A stretch of 64,000 nt of DNA from Octopus vulgaris (Eukaryota), in the NCBI GenBank assembly GCA_951406725.2, contig OX597843.1, positions 19,964,001-20,028,000 on the forward strand. The letters run 5' to 3'. The notes under the pieces are model-generated. The model saw only the letters and a program-made list of their open reading frames with translations, made no database searches and was not told where the DNA came from. How positions within the stretch are numbered: the stretch's first letter is position 1; the number at the start of each line of letters is the position of its first letter. The translations under genes were made by a program, and so were the position numbers. Of this stretch, positions 30,222 through 44,390 are shown piece by piece.

Positions 30222-33200
30222 TCTGTATCTATAAATGGCAGCATGTGTGTGTGTGTGTGTGTGTACGTGAATGTAATTTATACACGTCTACAAATTAGCA
30301 CACATGTCGCTCCAAATTTAGGAGGACATTCGTCACGATCTATACTAGGTTTCATTAACTTTTGTTTTACCGAGGCACCTGCGGGTAGCCGTAAAAATCT
30401 CTTTTCAACCATAACTTTTACCAATTTTGAAGTTTTCTAGCATGAGTTAAGTCCCTTCTTGCCTTAGCCAAGTGAAAGTGTGTGTATGTGTGTGAGGGAG
30501 AGAGAGAAGTTGTGTGTTGCTCTATATGTGTGTATGTGTTGAGGGGGAGAGAGAGTGTTTGACAGCGTCTAACCAAAAAAGTAAAGGAAAAGTATGAGTA
30601 AGGAAGAGAGGGGGAGAGTTTGACAGTGTCTAAAAAGAAAAAAAAGTAAAATGTTTTGTTTTTTCTTAAACACGAGATATAGTCTTCAAATTTAGGATGT
30701 TCTTGAAAGACACTATATTTTATAATCAGATTATGTATACTTTCTCACACAACATTTAAAATATATTTATTTTAAATTATTTATTTATTTTAAATCGTTC
30801 ATGTTTCTCCCCCTCTCTCACACATACACACACACACTACTTTGGGCACGAAAGAGTTTTTTTTTAATTTACGCCGAGGAAAAAGTGTTTTGTTGAGAAT
30901 CTATTTATTTAACGTAGAAACAAAGAGGTAGGTAACAATTTGTCAGTGAATTACACAATAGAAATGGATAAAATTTCTGAGGCTTCCACTCCACCCCACC
31001 CCACCCTGTTTTTCGGACCACAAAAGAGGTTTTGTAGCACGCAAAAAATCCGATTTTTTTCTTAGTGAAAATCGTGCGTGTGTTAATCTACAAATTTACC
31101 AACTTTTTTTCTATTCATTTCTGTTTATGAAATTCTCTGTACGTAATTTTCCTTTTTCAGTGATCAAGGCAAATGATGACTTTGTGCTATAGTTATTTCC
31201 CTTCCTATGGTATTTAAAGCATTTTTGATATGTGGAATTTCAACATTAGAAATGAGTTCAGAACGTGCTACTCAAGTTCGCTGAAACTTATCTCCTGCCA
31301 TGAAATTTTGAATGTTAGATATTTAGTGTTGGTTCATTCAATTAGAAAATAAAACCTATTATTCTGTTTTATAGCATTTTTATTTATTTTTCATCTGTTT
31401 GACAAAAGAAGTTACTGTTGCTTGAAAACAACCGGGTAACGTTGTCTGTGTTTGAAAACAGTTTTGTTCTCATTGCTGATTTTTCGTTCATCAGAACCGC
31501 AACTTCAGCTTCATTTCTGCCTTCATCTAATCACATTTCCCCATCTCCAGTTTCATTTTCCCCCTGTCCGCATTTACCATATGCCATCTAAGAAAAGAAT
31601 CTATCTCGGGCGCCGGACGACTGCTGCGTCGGCACAGAGGGCTAGAAGGGCCAATGAGACTTCTGACGAAACTAAATTGCGATTGGCTCTATGCGTGCTT
31701 CGAGCAGGAAAATCACTGAAAGTGACGACGAAAGAGCTATGCGACTACAAAGGAGGAGGTCGTAAAACCGTTCAGTGCGTTTTCAAGAAACGAGCTTAGC
31801 TCGATCTGCTCGCAATTCAAAAAAACGCTGCTGAAGCAAAAAAAGCAAGAGCCTCCGAGACTGCTGAACAACGGGCACTCCGCAATACACAGAATGCTGC
31901 TGCTACTGCCAATGCGAGAGCCTCCGAGACTGCTGAACAATGGGCACTCCGCAATACACAGAACGCTGCTGCTACTGCCAAAGCAAGAGCCTCCGAGACT
32001 GCTGAAAAATGGGCACTCCGCAATACACAGAACGCTGCTGCTACTGCCAAAGCAAGAGCATCCGAGACTGCTGAACAATGGGCACTCCGCAATACACAGA
32101 ACGCTGCTGCTACTGCCAATGCGAGAGTCTCCGAGACTGCTGAACAACAGTCACTCCGCAATTAAAACTTTCAACATTGGCAAAAATTCAGAGGAAGCTG
32201 AAGTTCTTAGACAGTGCCGTCTCATTGTATGGGATGAATGTACAATGGCCAATAAGGGTGCCCTTGAGGCACTGGACCCGTCACTGAAAGATAAAAGGGA
32301 TTCTACAGATTTTATGCTTTCAGGAGATTTCCGGCAAACCCTTCTTGTCATCCCTAAATGGAACAGGGCTGATGAAGTCATTCACGTTGTGGCCCCAGGT
32401 TAAGACGTTAAGCCTAAGCACAAACATGCGTGTGAACTTGCTTGGTGATAGTACGTCTGCGGCATTTGCTGAAAACATTTTAACCCTTGGGGAAGGCAAG
32501 GTCCCTAGGAATGATAGAGGTGACATATCCATCTCTGAACTGTTCAACACCGTGGACATCCCTTCCGATCTTTTGGAAACAGTGGTCCCCAATCTGGAAA
32601 GTAATTATGCAGACATCAATTGGCTCAGTAAAAGAATCATCCTGGCCCCTAAAAAGGTAACTTGCAGTGCTATCAACGACCAGCTCATAAGCCGAATTCA
32701 GGGTGAAGAGCGCATCTACAAATCGATTAATCGGACCTTTGACCCCCAAGACATTGTCAATTACCCTATCGAGTTTCTCAACTCATTGGAGCCAGCAGGT
32801 CTTCCACCTCTCAAGTTCTTAGGCTAATGGTTGGATGCCCAATTATGCTAATCAGAAAGTTGCTTCCGCCTAAACAGTGCAACGGTACCCGCTTAATAGT
32901 CAAGTCTCTGACTCCCCACTTGATTGAGGCCACCATTGTTACAGGGTGCGGGAGGGGTGAAAATGTTTTCATTTCAAGGATGCACCTTTATCCCTCGGGA
33001 TCAGACATGCCGTTTAACTTCCGCAGATCGCAGTTCCCGGTGAGACCATGCTTTGCCATGACCATCAACAAATCCCAAGGCCAAACACTATCGGTGACAG
33101 ACATCCATATGGGGGAGCCATGTTTTTCACATGGGCAGCTTTATGTGGCCTGCTCCCGTGTGGGAAGTAGAAACGCTCTTTTTGTGTATGCTCCTCAGGG

Positions 33201-34334
33201 CAGAACACGCAATGTTGTCTATAGCGAAGTTTTATAGACAAGTCGTCATTACAGCCGATGTGGTTATAAACAGGTGATCCGGAAGCATTGGCCGGACACA
33301 TTCTCAGAACATGGACTCTTCCGTTTTTTATTGTACAATACTGACGTCCACAACAATGCTCACCTGGCCGATATCAGTGCTTGTCTAAGTTGCTCATAGA
33401 GTTAGGCTAGAAGGGACAGACCCTTTATTTTTGGGTTAAGGCTGTTGCTAAGCGTTCCTAAGTTACTCCAATCCACAATCCAGATCTCTAATGCAAACTT
33501 TTGGATCAACCTTCTATGCAGATCTTTAATGCAATTTTATCCAATCCAAATATTTGAGTCACCCATCTTCACTGTAGATCTCCAATGTAAACCTTCGATT
33601 CAACCTTCTCCAATACAGATTTCCAAGGTACCCTTCACCAATGCATATCTTCGATGCAGCCTTGACTGATAGTACCCGTAGGAGGGGTTAGAACTAGATT
33701 AGGATTAGTCGCTGCCTTGCCGGAAGGGTTCCTAACTCATGGGCCAAGGGGGTTAGATGATATGATTGGTGTCTTCAAAAGGGCCGGCATGTGCTGCCTG
33801 ATCACCTCTGCCGGTTAAACTCCCAACCCATGCGTTCCCGTCGCGACACTGATTCTGCAGAACTGGGTTGGGTGTGAAAACCAACTTTAAAGTATAAATA
33901 TAGATGTTTTTGAATAAGCAATGTTGTTCTCGGTTAAGTCCTATTTGGGGCAAAAAATCAATAAACTGATAAACCAATTCCTTATAGGATTTCCCACTAA
34001 AATTGGCTACACCCTATTTTTAACTATAACTTATGCCAATTTTGACATATTTTGTTCAAACTTGATGCCAACATTACTTAGGACTCATGGGAACTTTGAA
34101 TGCTTTAAGTTCTTAAAAAAAATACAGTCGATGAGTGGAAATAATCAATAAACCAATGCCTTATATGATTTCCTAATTAAATTGCCTGCAACCCATTTTC
34201 AGCGAAACGTTCACCAATTTCAACCGATTTCGCTCAAATTTGATGTCGGTGCTACTTATTTTGGTTTGAAATAAAGCGCTCGATCACTTAATAATCCTAA
34301 CGTAATCCCGGGCAACGCCGGGCTATACTGCTTG
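30222..34334 (+). mobile_element. Internally deleted Helitron (RepHel N-terminus + PIF1 helicase C-half)
   Basis: 5' TC at 30222; MPSKKRIYLGRRT start ~31581; LIVWDECTM, GDFRQTL, CNGTRL, QFPVRPCFAMTINKSQGQT, HGQLYVACSRV; 3' hairpin cccgggcaacgccggg 34307-34322 then CTTG. Confidence 0.9.
31849..32160 (+). repeat. 69-bp tandem repeat, ~4.5 units, encoding 23-aa STPR-like repeats
   Basis: Units start at 31849, 31918, 31987, 32056, 32125; ASETAEQRALRNTQNAAATANAR. Confidence 0.9.
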
Positions 34335-34717
34335 TATCAAATAAACCTGAACACTAAAAACACTCACCTACATGCACAAACACACATACATACAGAGATA
34401 AACACAAATATACACATTCACACGCAGTAACCAAACTTGGTGGATCTTCTATAAAATTAATGAACCGTAAATTTTGTGTACTGTAAAAATGTGTTGCCCC
34501 TAAACCCAGTTGGGCTGCTAAACCCGATGGGTCCCCACAAGCAACTGTATTGTAACGAATGATTTCTTTTTTATGCATCCCGGGTTTAGAAGCGTTCATA
34601 CAAATTCTTCCTCAAATATGCTTTGATGATTTCATTTTACTAAATTTTTTATCCAAAACGAGAGCAAAGAATGAAGATAGATTTCCATGAAAATAATGTT
34701 CCTTCACATTCCTTCAT

Positions 34718-34784
<67 letters not shown>

Positions 34785-34956
34785 ACTGCTGCTATTGTTG
34801 TTATTGTGACGGTGAACTGGAAGAATCGTTATTACGAAATGTTTAATCGCATTTCTTCCGACTTTACGTTCCAAATTCAAGTTATACTAGTACATCTGTT
34901 TATTTTCTACACCACCTGTCTTCGTCTTTTGTTTTTTTTTCTCGTAAATTCTCCCT

Positions 34957-35093
<137 letters not shown>

Positions 35094-35125
35094 ATTAAAT
35101 GCCTACATACATATAAAGTGTATAT

Positions 35126-35956
35126 ACAGGATGCCTCAGTTTTTGAGGACACCTCTCGAGAGAGCTCTAACATCTGTCTATCTTCTACCTCACTTTCCAG
35201 ATAATATCAGACATCAGGTTGACACTGTAAATGAAAAAGCATGCGGTAATCATTACTTTCAAAGCGCAACTTTGTGACACAGAGTTAGCATGCTTCCTGA
35301 AAGTTGTCAGATCCTTCGCTGTCAAAGTTTGAAAGTGGATGGAAGCTGCTGAAGAGTATCCAACATCAAAAGCTAAGCGCAAAATGCATCATGCCTGGCT
35401 TCTAATGCACTCAGAGAAAATAACTTTCTACAGACTGTTCAAGAGATAATCGATAAACATCTCGGAAAGTTAATCGAATCCATTGCCAAGGACCTCAAGG
35501 CTTCAGAATGCACCATCAGAGGACCGTACATCTTCCAACAAGACTTTGCACTGTCTCATAAGGCCAGGAAATTCAAGTGTGCATGCGTGCCAATCACATG
35601 ATCATATTCCCCCAAGTCACATGTCCTTCTAACTCATCAGACCTCATCTATTGGACTATTACTTATTGGGAGTAGTTCACAGAGAGGTAAATCAACAACG
35701 CCATAACACCATACAATCTCAGAAGTCCGCCATAACCAAAACTGAGAAAGACTATCTAATTCGGACATGTCGATAATTTCGACCCTGCATTGAAGCAGCT
35801 ATTAATGTTAATGATGGATTCATTGATTAGGTGTGATAAAAGGTTTCTCTACATTATTTGTACGGATTTGTTTTCATATACATCTTTTGATAGATGAGAT
35901 ACGTATCTTTTGTCTACATTCATACAAATGACCCCTAAAAACAGACGCACCCTGTA
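35126..35956 (+). mobile_element. Tc1/mariner deletion derivative
   Basis: Imperfect TIRs (caggatgcctcagtttttgagg / cctaaaaacagacgcaccctg), TA flanks, PYIFQQD and PSNSSDL remnants. Confidence 0.7.
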
Positions 35957-36078
35957 CATACATATAAATACATACGTAGACGTGTATATATATATATATA
36001 CATACACACACACACACATATATATATATACTCATACATACATAGACACATGCAAAGATACATGCATACTTACACATA

Positions 36079-37300
36079 CTGTTGTAGCAAGAGTCATTGG
36101 GATTGGAAGAATGGACTAGCCGGACTGTTATAAAGAGTAGCGTATTGATAGAGACAGAAGAAGTCTTAGGAAGTCGTTGAGAGTTTGTATTTATTGGAGT
36201 ATCGTGTTTAGTGGACTAATTTGAAGTACGTCCCGTGAAGACAGTTGTGTCTTTCCTCCCTCCGTTGAATCTCTACATCCAACGTATTGAAGGATATGAA
36301 TGTGGCGACGAGTTTATTCGAAGCTTACGTTAACATTTTATTTTAATAGAAAATCAAAGAAAAATTAATTAACGTGGAAAACTTATCAGCCTCCGTTCAA
36401 CAGATGCAAAAGCATCAGCAACAACAGCCACAGCAGCAATTACAACGACAACAATTCCATCAGTTGTTGAAGTCCAAAAATACTTCAGGTTCGTTCTCAC
36501 CAGACGGCGTAGCAAACGCAATTTCAGAATTTAGTTATAACTCAAAAAAGGTCTTCCTTTTTCTGCATATTTCTGAAGATATGAAGAAATCTTCATATTT
36601 TGAAGGTGAATGCAAAAACTGAACATACAAGGAAATAGTACGACGGCACTTAAGAAAATTATCCCTTGCCGAACACGAAAAATACTGTAAATTCTTTCTG
36701 TCAAAAAGAAAACATTTTTCGATGAAACAATTAAAATGTTATCGAAACTTTTCAGTGAGAGTAGTTCCTTGTTCAATACACGCCGGAAGTGTTTGAATTT
36801 AGTAAAAACAGATGAAAATTTCGTCACCTATGCCGGAAAATCAAACTTAAAGAATCAACCTCGGACATGTTTAAATGTCTAAATTTTGTTTAGGGGTTAA
36901 CTGCAAGAAAAGATGCAGAGATGCGTACCCGGGAACTGACAAAATTAGAACAGGACTAGAAATTGAATCGGCAGGCAGTTGCAGAGGAATGTCAAAGAAG
37001 TATTAATCTTCGCCTAATAAAATCGAAGAATAGGATTACGCGCGTCGACTTGTAACGGATAAGGATAAAGAAAAACAAAGATCAATACCCAATCCATTCT
37101 ATGGATTTATGTCAGAAACTGAAGATAAAAGCTCACATTACAGAGTAAAAAAAAAGGGTCGAACGAAGAAATTTATGGAAATGATTCTTCAACATAAAGT
37201 TAGTTAAGGCTCAGAAAAGAAAGTGTGTGTTCATTAAAATTAATGAAGTGAACGTGAAGTTACAGCTAGATACGGGCAGTGATATTACAATTATTAATAC
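36079..37300 (+). mobile_element. Gypsy LTR retrotransposon remnant (LTR, PBS, gag, protease)
   Basis: tgttgtag start, PBS-like tggcgacgag ~36302, gag ANAISEFSY..SSLFNTRRKCLNL, protease LQLDTGSDITII ~37260. Confidence 0.75.
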
Positions 37301-37559
37301 TGGTCCATACACACGGCGTAGATGGAGAGGTTAGGGAGTGTTACTACTACTACTACTACTACTATTACATATTTGTGTGTGTGAGTGTATGTGCATATGT
37401 ATATCTGTATATATATGCGTACATATGCATATATATATATATGTATATGTGGTTGAGAGAAAGAGGGGGACAATAACTTACCAAGCGCGTATAAGTAATG
37501 CATTTACATATATCTATATATGTATGTGTGAGTATACGTGTGTATATATAGATGTGCTT

Positions 37560-37594
<35 letters not shown>

Positions 37595-37598
<4 letters not shown>

Positions 37599-39085
37599 AT
37601 TGAAGAAATGGAGTTGAACGAAGATTGAACAGAATTCCTTTTATTGCATTCTACACATGTTTCAAAAGCCACAATTCTCCAAATTCTGATTAAATAAGGA
37701 TACCATATTGTGGCTTTCTCTTCAGGAAAAAAAAATAGGAATTCCGTTGGCAGAACAAAACAGAACAGAGGCGCAGCAAATCAATTTGAACGAGGAGGCT
37801 CTTTAAGAGCCCATGGCTGAACTGATTATCAATGTACGTTGAAATCGGGTGGTGGGTTCGTTGAAGATATTTACAGGTCAGGCGGCGGTCGAATCCAGTA
37901 GGTGAGAGCAAGGGGTGTGGAGATGTTCTGTGTGACCAAAACTAAAATTCTGAATATTTTAAGAATACTGGGTGTATTTTTTGGGGGCGAGACAAAAACT
38001 ACCTAGAAGCATGTATGTGTGTACTGGCCTATGTGTGCGCGGCCGTATGTTGGTAAAAGGCGCTACATAATGGTCACTGCTGAAAACTTCGTCAGGCGGC
38101 AGAAAATATTTTTTGTGTTCGTGTGTTCGTCTAGGCCTGCTTGTCAAAAGATTAACGTCGTCAAAGAATCCTAAGGGTATATAAAATTCCTGCGTTTGCT
38201 TCCAAAACAAACCACCATTCGCCTAATGGGAGTAATTTCCCCTTGCAAGGGTTATTCATATATTTCTTAAAAAGCTTTTTCAAAAATTATTTCCAAGGAT
38301 TATTGGTGCTAATTATCTTAGGTATCATTTATAAGCAAGATAAGTATAACGCCGCCAATGGGGACATCGAAAAGCCGACTGTAGAAGTCCGTTTACCAAC
38401 CGGTCTCTGGCGAACAATATGTGGAAAAGCTCAGAGACACAAAGATTGCACTTCCTTCTGCCCCTATTAAATGGGAGGGCCACCGACAAAATCGACCATT
38501 CCAGCCTGAAACCTGAGTTCGCGTTCTTCAAACCCCATATAAGCTTGCTAAGTCCCGTAGCTTGGTATTTATTCACGTCGCGAAAAGTTGCGAAATGGTT
38601 GGAAATTCGCAAGGCCAATTTTGACGATGAGGCCCCGACATACGAGTAGACATCTGAGTCCGTGTAAACCTTACATTGGTAAATGGCATTTCTGATCTTG
38701 GAGTTATTCGACAAGAACCTTATTCTATTGAGATTAGCTTCTGAAATTAGAACTGCGTTACTGTTACTATATTGATTGTGAGAACTGCGGCCGCTTACTA
38801 CTTTATATTCCTCAAATTCACTATTAATTAACGGACCAACCCCTGAGTCTTCCCTATCACTGAGAGCGCTGTAATTGCTAGTATCCGTGGGCCTGCTATT
38901 GCCGGAAACGACGCTGGAGTTGCTATTAGGACTCTCTACATTAATGACCCGAGCTGCGCTCACCTCACTATTGGTTTTATCTCCAACCGTGCTTTCTTCT
39001 GCTGTGATTTTTGCTACCAAGGTATCGGTTAAACTTTTGATTAATCTGCAACAAGATTATTCATCTTTCTGTTTTACCAAATATA
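37595..39085 (-). mobile_element. Penelope-like 3' part: GIY-YIG endonuclease + pLTR
   Basis: ORF 38325-39020 NAIYQCKV..SYVGASS..RISNH..KCNLCVSE; (TA)n on both flanks. Confidence 0.85.
37645..37730 (-). ncRNA. Type I hammerhead ribozyme in pLTR
   Basis: ttc CUGAAGA, 12-bp stem II gaaagccacaat/attgtggctttt, GAAA catgtg UA gaa (palindromic stem III, short stem I). Confidence 0.7.
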
Positions 39086-39091
39086 TATATA

Positions 39092-40259
39092 CTAGCAGTA
39101 TCGCCCGGCGTTGCTCGGGTTGTAAGGGAAATAACTATATAAGCATTTTTAGAGAGTTATAGCCAAAAAATAGCAAAAAAATGCATTAAAAATTGAAAAA
39201 AAATTAAGGTAAATTTTTTTTAAATCGTTGACACATCGTAGATATTTTTAGAGAGTTACTTCCCTTATATAAAAGCGAAAAAAATGCATTAAAATGGAAA
39301 AATATGATGGTAAATTTTTTTTAAATCGTAGACTCATCGTAGACGCGCGCTAATACCCAGAAGAGCTCGATATGAATCACGACTATAAGATACCCGCTTT
39401 TGGTTAAACTGCACCGCAAAATGTGGGAGTAATTACGAATGTAATTCGAAGGGGACAGACACACAACTTCACTCTTATATAAAGATGCTTTTTTTTCAGT
39501 CATAGAGTTAGATTTATGAAGGTCTTCAGTAGAAAATCCTTCGAATTCTGACTCGCTGCTTGATATAATGAAATTCGTATCCATTTTTTGTCAGAATTAC
39601 AAATTTTGAAAACACAATAGGAACAAATTTCGGAAAAAAATCTCCCATAATTCACGGAATTAAAATTACACTTCGATTTTTGTACAACACTGTATTTGAA
39701 GTGTTTACGAAGTATAATACGTGTTTTCACGAATGTACTAAAGAGATTTACTCTGATATTCTCATTTAAATATGAATAGGTAAATTCGGGCGGTTTGGTA
39801 ACGAAAGGGTTTATATAAGTGTCGTATGTTTATACATAAACACTGTTTCATAGTTTCAGTTTAGTCTTCCTCAAATCACTGTCGCTAATTTACTCTCTTC
39901 CAAGAACATTTTCACTCACTGTTATCTGTTAGCTTCCCATACATTTTACTCATGTATCTATCAGCGTGATAGACAGAAACAAATATTACATTTACTTTCA
40001 TTTTATTCGTTGCCCACTGTGTGTGTGCGTTTGCGTGTGGTGTAAACCAGACTAAGAAAAGCATTTGACACACACACACCAGAATGTGAGTTTTCTGTAA
40101 ATTTTGCTTAATTGGAGTTTAAATTTTAAAAACTGGACCTGACATGACGCGATGCATTGTACTCTTAAAACTGCTAGGTAAATTGTAATTGAAGAAATCC
40201 TATATTGTAGATTTGTATAACTCCCAAAGGGAGGCAGATAAAATCTGCCTTTTATAATA

Positions 40260-40262
<3 letters not shown>
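39092..40262 (-). mobile_element. Non-autonomous composite Helitron, copy 2
   Basis: Same 3' ctagcagtatcgcccggcgttgctcggg end; TC-type 5' ends at 39485 and 40262. Confidence 0.75.
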
Positions 40263-40306
<44 letters not shown>

Positions 40307-40329
40307 TATTTATGTATATATTTATATGT

Positions 40330-43300
40330 ATGTTACGTTTATATATTTGTGGTGCAAGAATTTGTATGTGAAATCGTGTGTTGAAACAGATATTGTTGTA
40401 TTTAGGAATGGTCATTTTGCCAGTTTAGCCAATAAAAACAACCGCTCTATATATTTGGTGTTATTTTGTTTCAGTGCTATTTATTTTTTTACATTAATCT
40501 TAATCTTATTTCGGCCATAGTTCTTTCGTCACACTCCTGTGACCGCATCAGTGGTCCTTTGCTTTCGTTTTTCTTATTTGTGTGTTTCTCCTTACTAACC
40601 GTCAGTTATTTTGTATTTCTATTGAAAGTCTTCATTTGCGCATTTGTATATCTCTATGAGCACCTATGTTTAGTTAGTGGGGGTGCCTATAATATTTGTA
40701 TCTTTTGTTTATATAAGTTCGTCTAATTTGTTTTCGTTTTTGTTTATTCTTATTTTGTTCATGTGTTTACACCGACTTATTATTATCATTATTAGTATTA
40801 TTATTATTATGTATGCTTGTGTGTATGTATGTATGTATGTATGTATGTATAACAACAATACTAGTAATAATAATAAAACTTTAAAAAAAATAAACAAATT
40901 TAAAAATTAAAAATTTTAAAAATGTATATAGATATTTACTTCCATTTGTTTATTTATCTGCGTATTTTATTTTATTATGTTTTCAGTTTTGTTTATATTG
41001 TAACCAGTTTATGGGGATCCTCTTCTGTCATACGTTATGGTGTGTGCTAATGTTCCATTCCAGTTTCGTATTCAGGCTAGATTTATCTTCTTTTATGTGT
41101 GTAGCTTCCGTAATTTGTCTGATTGTTGCGTCTGTTCTATGTGTGCTCAAGATTTTAATTTCTATGTTGTTGATTGAGCCCCCGTGTTCCTGCTCGGCGT
41201 GTTGGTACAGAACCTATGAGCTCTTTCCTTCTTTAAGTTCTCTCCAATGTACATTTACCCGTTCTCCTATGCTTCGTGCAGTTTCCTCTACATATGCCGT
41301 TGTCTTGTTACTGCATCGTCCCTCTATACATCTTATACTACATACTACATTTCTGGCTTTACAGTTTGTTTGTGGGCTAAATCTACACACAGTACAGTAC
41401 CTATCCGTACAGGGGTTTCTACTAAAACGGTAGGTTCTACCGATTATGGATTTGATAGGGTTGCCTGGCTTTCCATCAACCTTAATCCTTAGCTTAAGTT
41501 TGTCTAGGGTCCTTCTAAAGCGGTACGCCAGTTCACCTCTTGGGGTGGTGGCAACGAACATGACACTCTGGTATTTGTGACTATCATACCAAGAGTTGGC
41601 CTTCCTTATTTTCTTTTTTGTCCTTTCTATAGTGTTCCATGACTTGTTCCTATAGAGTGGGCAAATCCCATTCCTATCATTACATAAGATGGCTCCTTTG
41701 TATACTCTGATCCTTTCTTTATGGCTGTAACCTGAGAACTGCATGCGGTGAATGAAATGTTGTATGAGTCTCTTTAACTCTGTAGGCTCGCACATGCGGG
41801 ACACATTTCGCATTATTCTGACGAGGTCTGCCATCAAAATATTGAATTTGGCATTGCCTGCCAGAGCTGATACGAAAGTAACAACTTTACAGGCGCATGA
41901 GGAGAGAGAAAAAGTCCTCAACGCCCACATGATGTTGTGGACAATTGTTCTGGGACCCCAAAAACGCACAGCTAACAATTTCCAAGCCTGGAACAACGAT
42001 ATCCCGACATTGTATGGACTTCTCAAGGACCATAAAGTAACCACTGTCTCTGTAGCCGGACCACCTACAAGACCAGTCTGTGGAGCAAATATCGCTAGCA
42101 ACTACAGAATCTCCTACTTCCTCTCAATCATACGCCCTATAATCTGGATGTCACCTGATCGATGACTTGTGACCTGACAGGATGTATGGTGGGTAGCATG
42201 GATGTGCTATCCCTATACCCATCGATCGACGTGGATTTTGCGGTTGAGAAGTGCGTGGAGATGATCAACGGGAGCGAGGTGGAGTTCCGCAATGTCAACA
42301 CAGAGGAACTGGGCCTCCAACTTAGACTGACATATGACAATGAATGCCTAGATAAACGTGATCTTAATAATTTCTGCACCAGTAGACGTTTAAGAGGTAG
42401 ACCACCCACAATTACTTCTATGACTAGGAAGACCCATATAGAGAGATGGAGCGGATGGACCAGAGCCATACGGAGCCCCACAAATGTCTATCAGGTAAAG
42501 AAAATGATCGCACGTGCACTAGGAGCTAGTATAAGAGTTACCCTAAAAGGCCACACGTTAAAGCTTAACAATAAAACATATGCCCTGGACGAATGGGTAG
42601 CCATCGGCGTTAGTATCGACAGTGATGTGGCCAACCTTTTCATATAGTGGGACAGAAGGCTTAAAGCACGCCTAACACAGAACTCCATACTCGTTAACAT
42701 GTACTCTCGCTATGTTGATGATATCAACATAGTGGTAAAGGCACCCCGTAAGAGAGTACTGTTGAAATAGAAATAGAAAATAATACTATGGAGAGCATCC
42801 TGCAAATAGCTAACTCCATCCACCAGAGTATTAGGGTCACAATAGACTACCCCGTTAAACAACATAACCATAGACTACTAGTACTAGACCCAGAACTCTG
42901 GCTGGAAACTGAGAATAATAAAACCCGAATCTTTCATTCGTACTATGCCAAACGTATGGCCTCCAAATACTTGATCCACCAGAACTCAGCTATCGCGGAC
43001 AATGCCAAATTCAATATTTTGATGGCAGACCTCGTCAGAATAATGCGAAATGTTATTTATTTAGAAATTAGACGAACATACATAAACTGAAGATACAAAT
43101 ATTATAGGCATTCCCCCTCCCCACTAAGTAAACATAGACGCTCATAGAGATATACACATGCGCAAATGAAGACACATACAATAGAAATACAAAATGACTG
43201 ACGGTTAGTAAGGAGAGACACACAAATAAAAAAACCAAAGCAGAGGAGCACTGATGCGGTCACAGGAGTGTGACGAAAGAACTGTGGCCGAAATAAGATT

Positions 43301-43410
43301 AAGATTAATGTAAAAAATAAATAACGCTGAAGTAAAGTAACACCAAATATATAGTGCGTGTGTTTTTATTGGCTGAACTGGCAAAATGACCATTCCTAAA
43401 TACAATATTT
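40330..43410. mobile_element. Penelope-like element split into two outward-facing halves, each ending in a pLTR
   Basis: Plus: MDVLSLYPSID, YSRYVDDI (41870-43053); minus: MQFSGY, NVVCSIRC..AYVEETARS (41000-41856); inverted pLTRs 40330-40760 and 43054-43410. Confidence 0.85.
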
Positions 43411-43448
43411 ATATGTATGCTTATGCATATATATATACATATATGCAC

Positions 43449-43518
<70 letters not shown>

Positions 43519-43557
43519 ATATATATATTTGGAAAAAGAAAAGAATGACTTCACTTA

Positions 43558-44040
43558 GTTGTAATCAGTGTAATTTTATATTTTTGATGCTTTTAATAAT
43601 ATATACTTTAGTTCATAGGTCTAGTACGTTCTTTGTTAACTTGGGTGTGGAGATTTTTCAAGAAATTCCTCAACTTTTTTGGAGTAATTTCTCGTATTCC
43701 TAGTGGAAAAGATCCGAGGTTTTGGGGCTTTGTGACTCTATATTTGAGGTTTGAGTGTGTTGGGGGTAGGATGGGGTGTGTTAATCAATTTAGAAGTGAT
43801 AGTAGTGAATGGTCAACAAAATATACTTGATTGAGGTGGCGTTGGGAGGTGGCAGGGTGTTAAAGGAGTGTTTTCTGAAGCATTTGAATAGTTGAAATTC
43901 GGTCACAAATCTAATGACCATGGTTTTCCAAGATCTTTCTGTTAGTGATTTTCTATGATTTAGGTGTGTGTCTGGGGGCTGTTAATGATGTGTAAGACAC
44001 ATGACTTTGGATGAAAATGTTTGTTGATAGATGTATTTTA
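43558..44040. repeat. ~480-bp dispersed repeat, high-identity copy at 62425-62900
   Basis: gtaatcagtgtaattttatatttttgatg...gttgataga in both places; family not recognised. Confidence 0.85.
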
Positions 44041-44059
44041 TATATATACATACATGCAT

Positions 44060-44107
<48 letters not shown>

Positions 44108-44210
44108 TTGGACAGGTCACTTCAACCGTGTTTCAGACGTGAATTTGCTACCCAGGTTTCGGTTAAACGAATTTTCCATGCTGACGATAAACATAGGATA
44201 ATTCATTCAC

Positions 44211-44253
<43 letters not shown>

Positions 44254-44345
44254 CAAATATATCTATATATATATATCTATATATATATATATATATACAT
44301 ACAAATATATCTATATCTATATCTATATCTATCTATATCTATCTA

Positions 44346-44387
<42 letters not shown>

Positions 44388-44390
<3 letters not shown>

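Noticed and set aside
31849-32160. CRISPR-like regular repeat
   Set aside because: Contiguous tandem units with no unique spacers; coding repeat inside a Helitron; eukaryotic context.
32827-33237. Host PIF1 helicase gene
   Set aside because: Fragmented, intronless and enclosed by Helitron termini.
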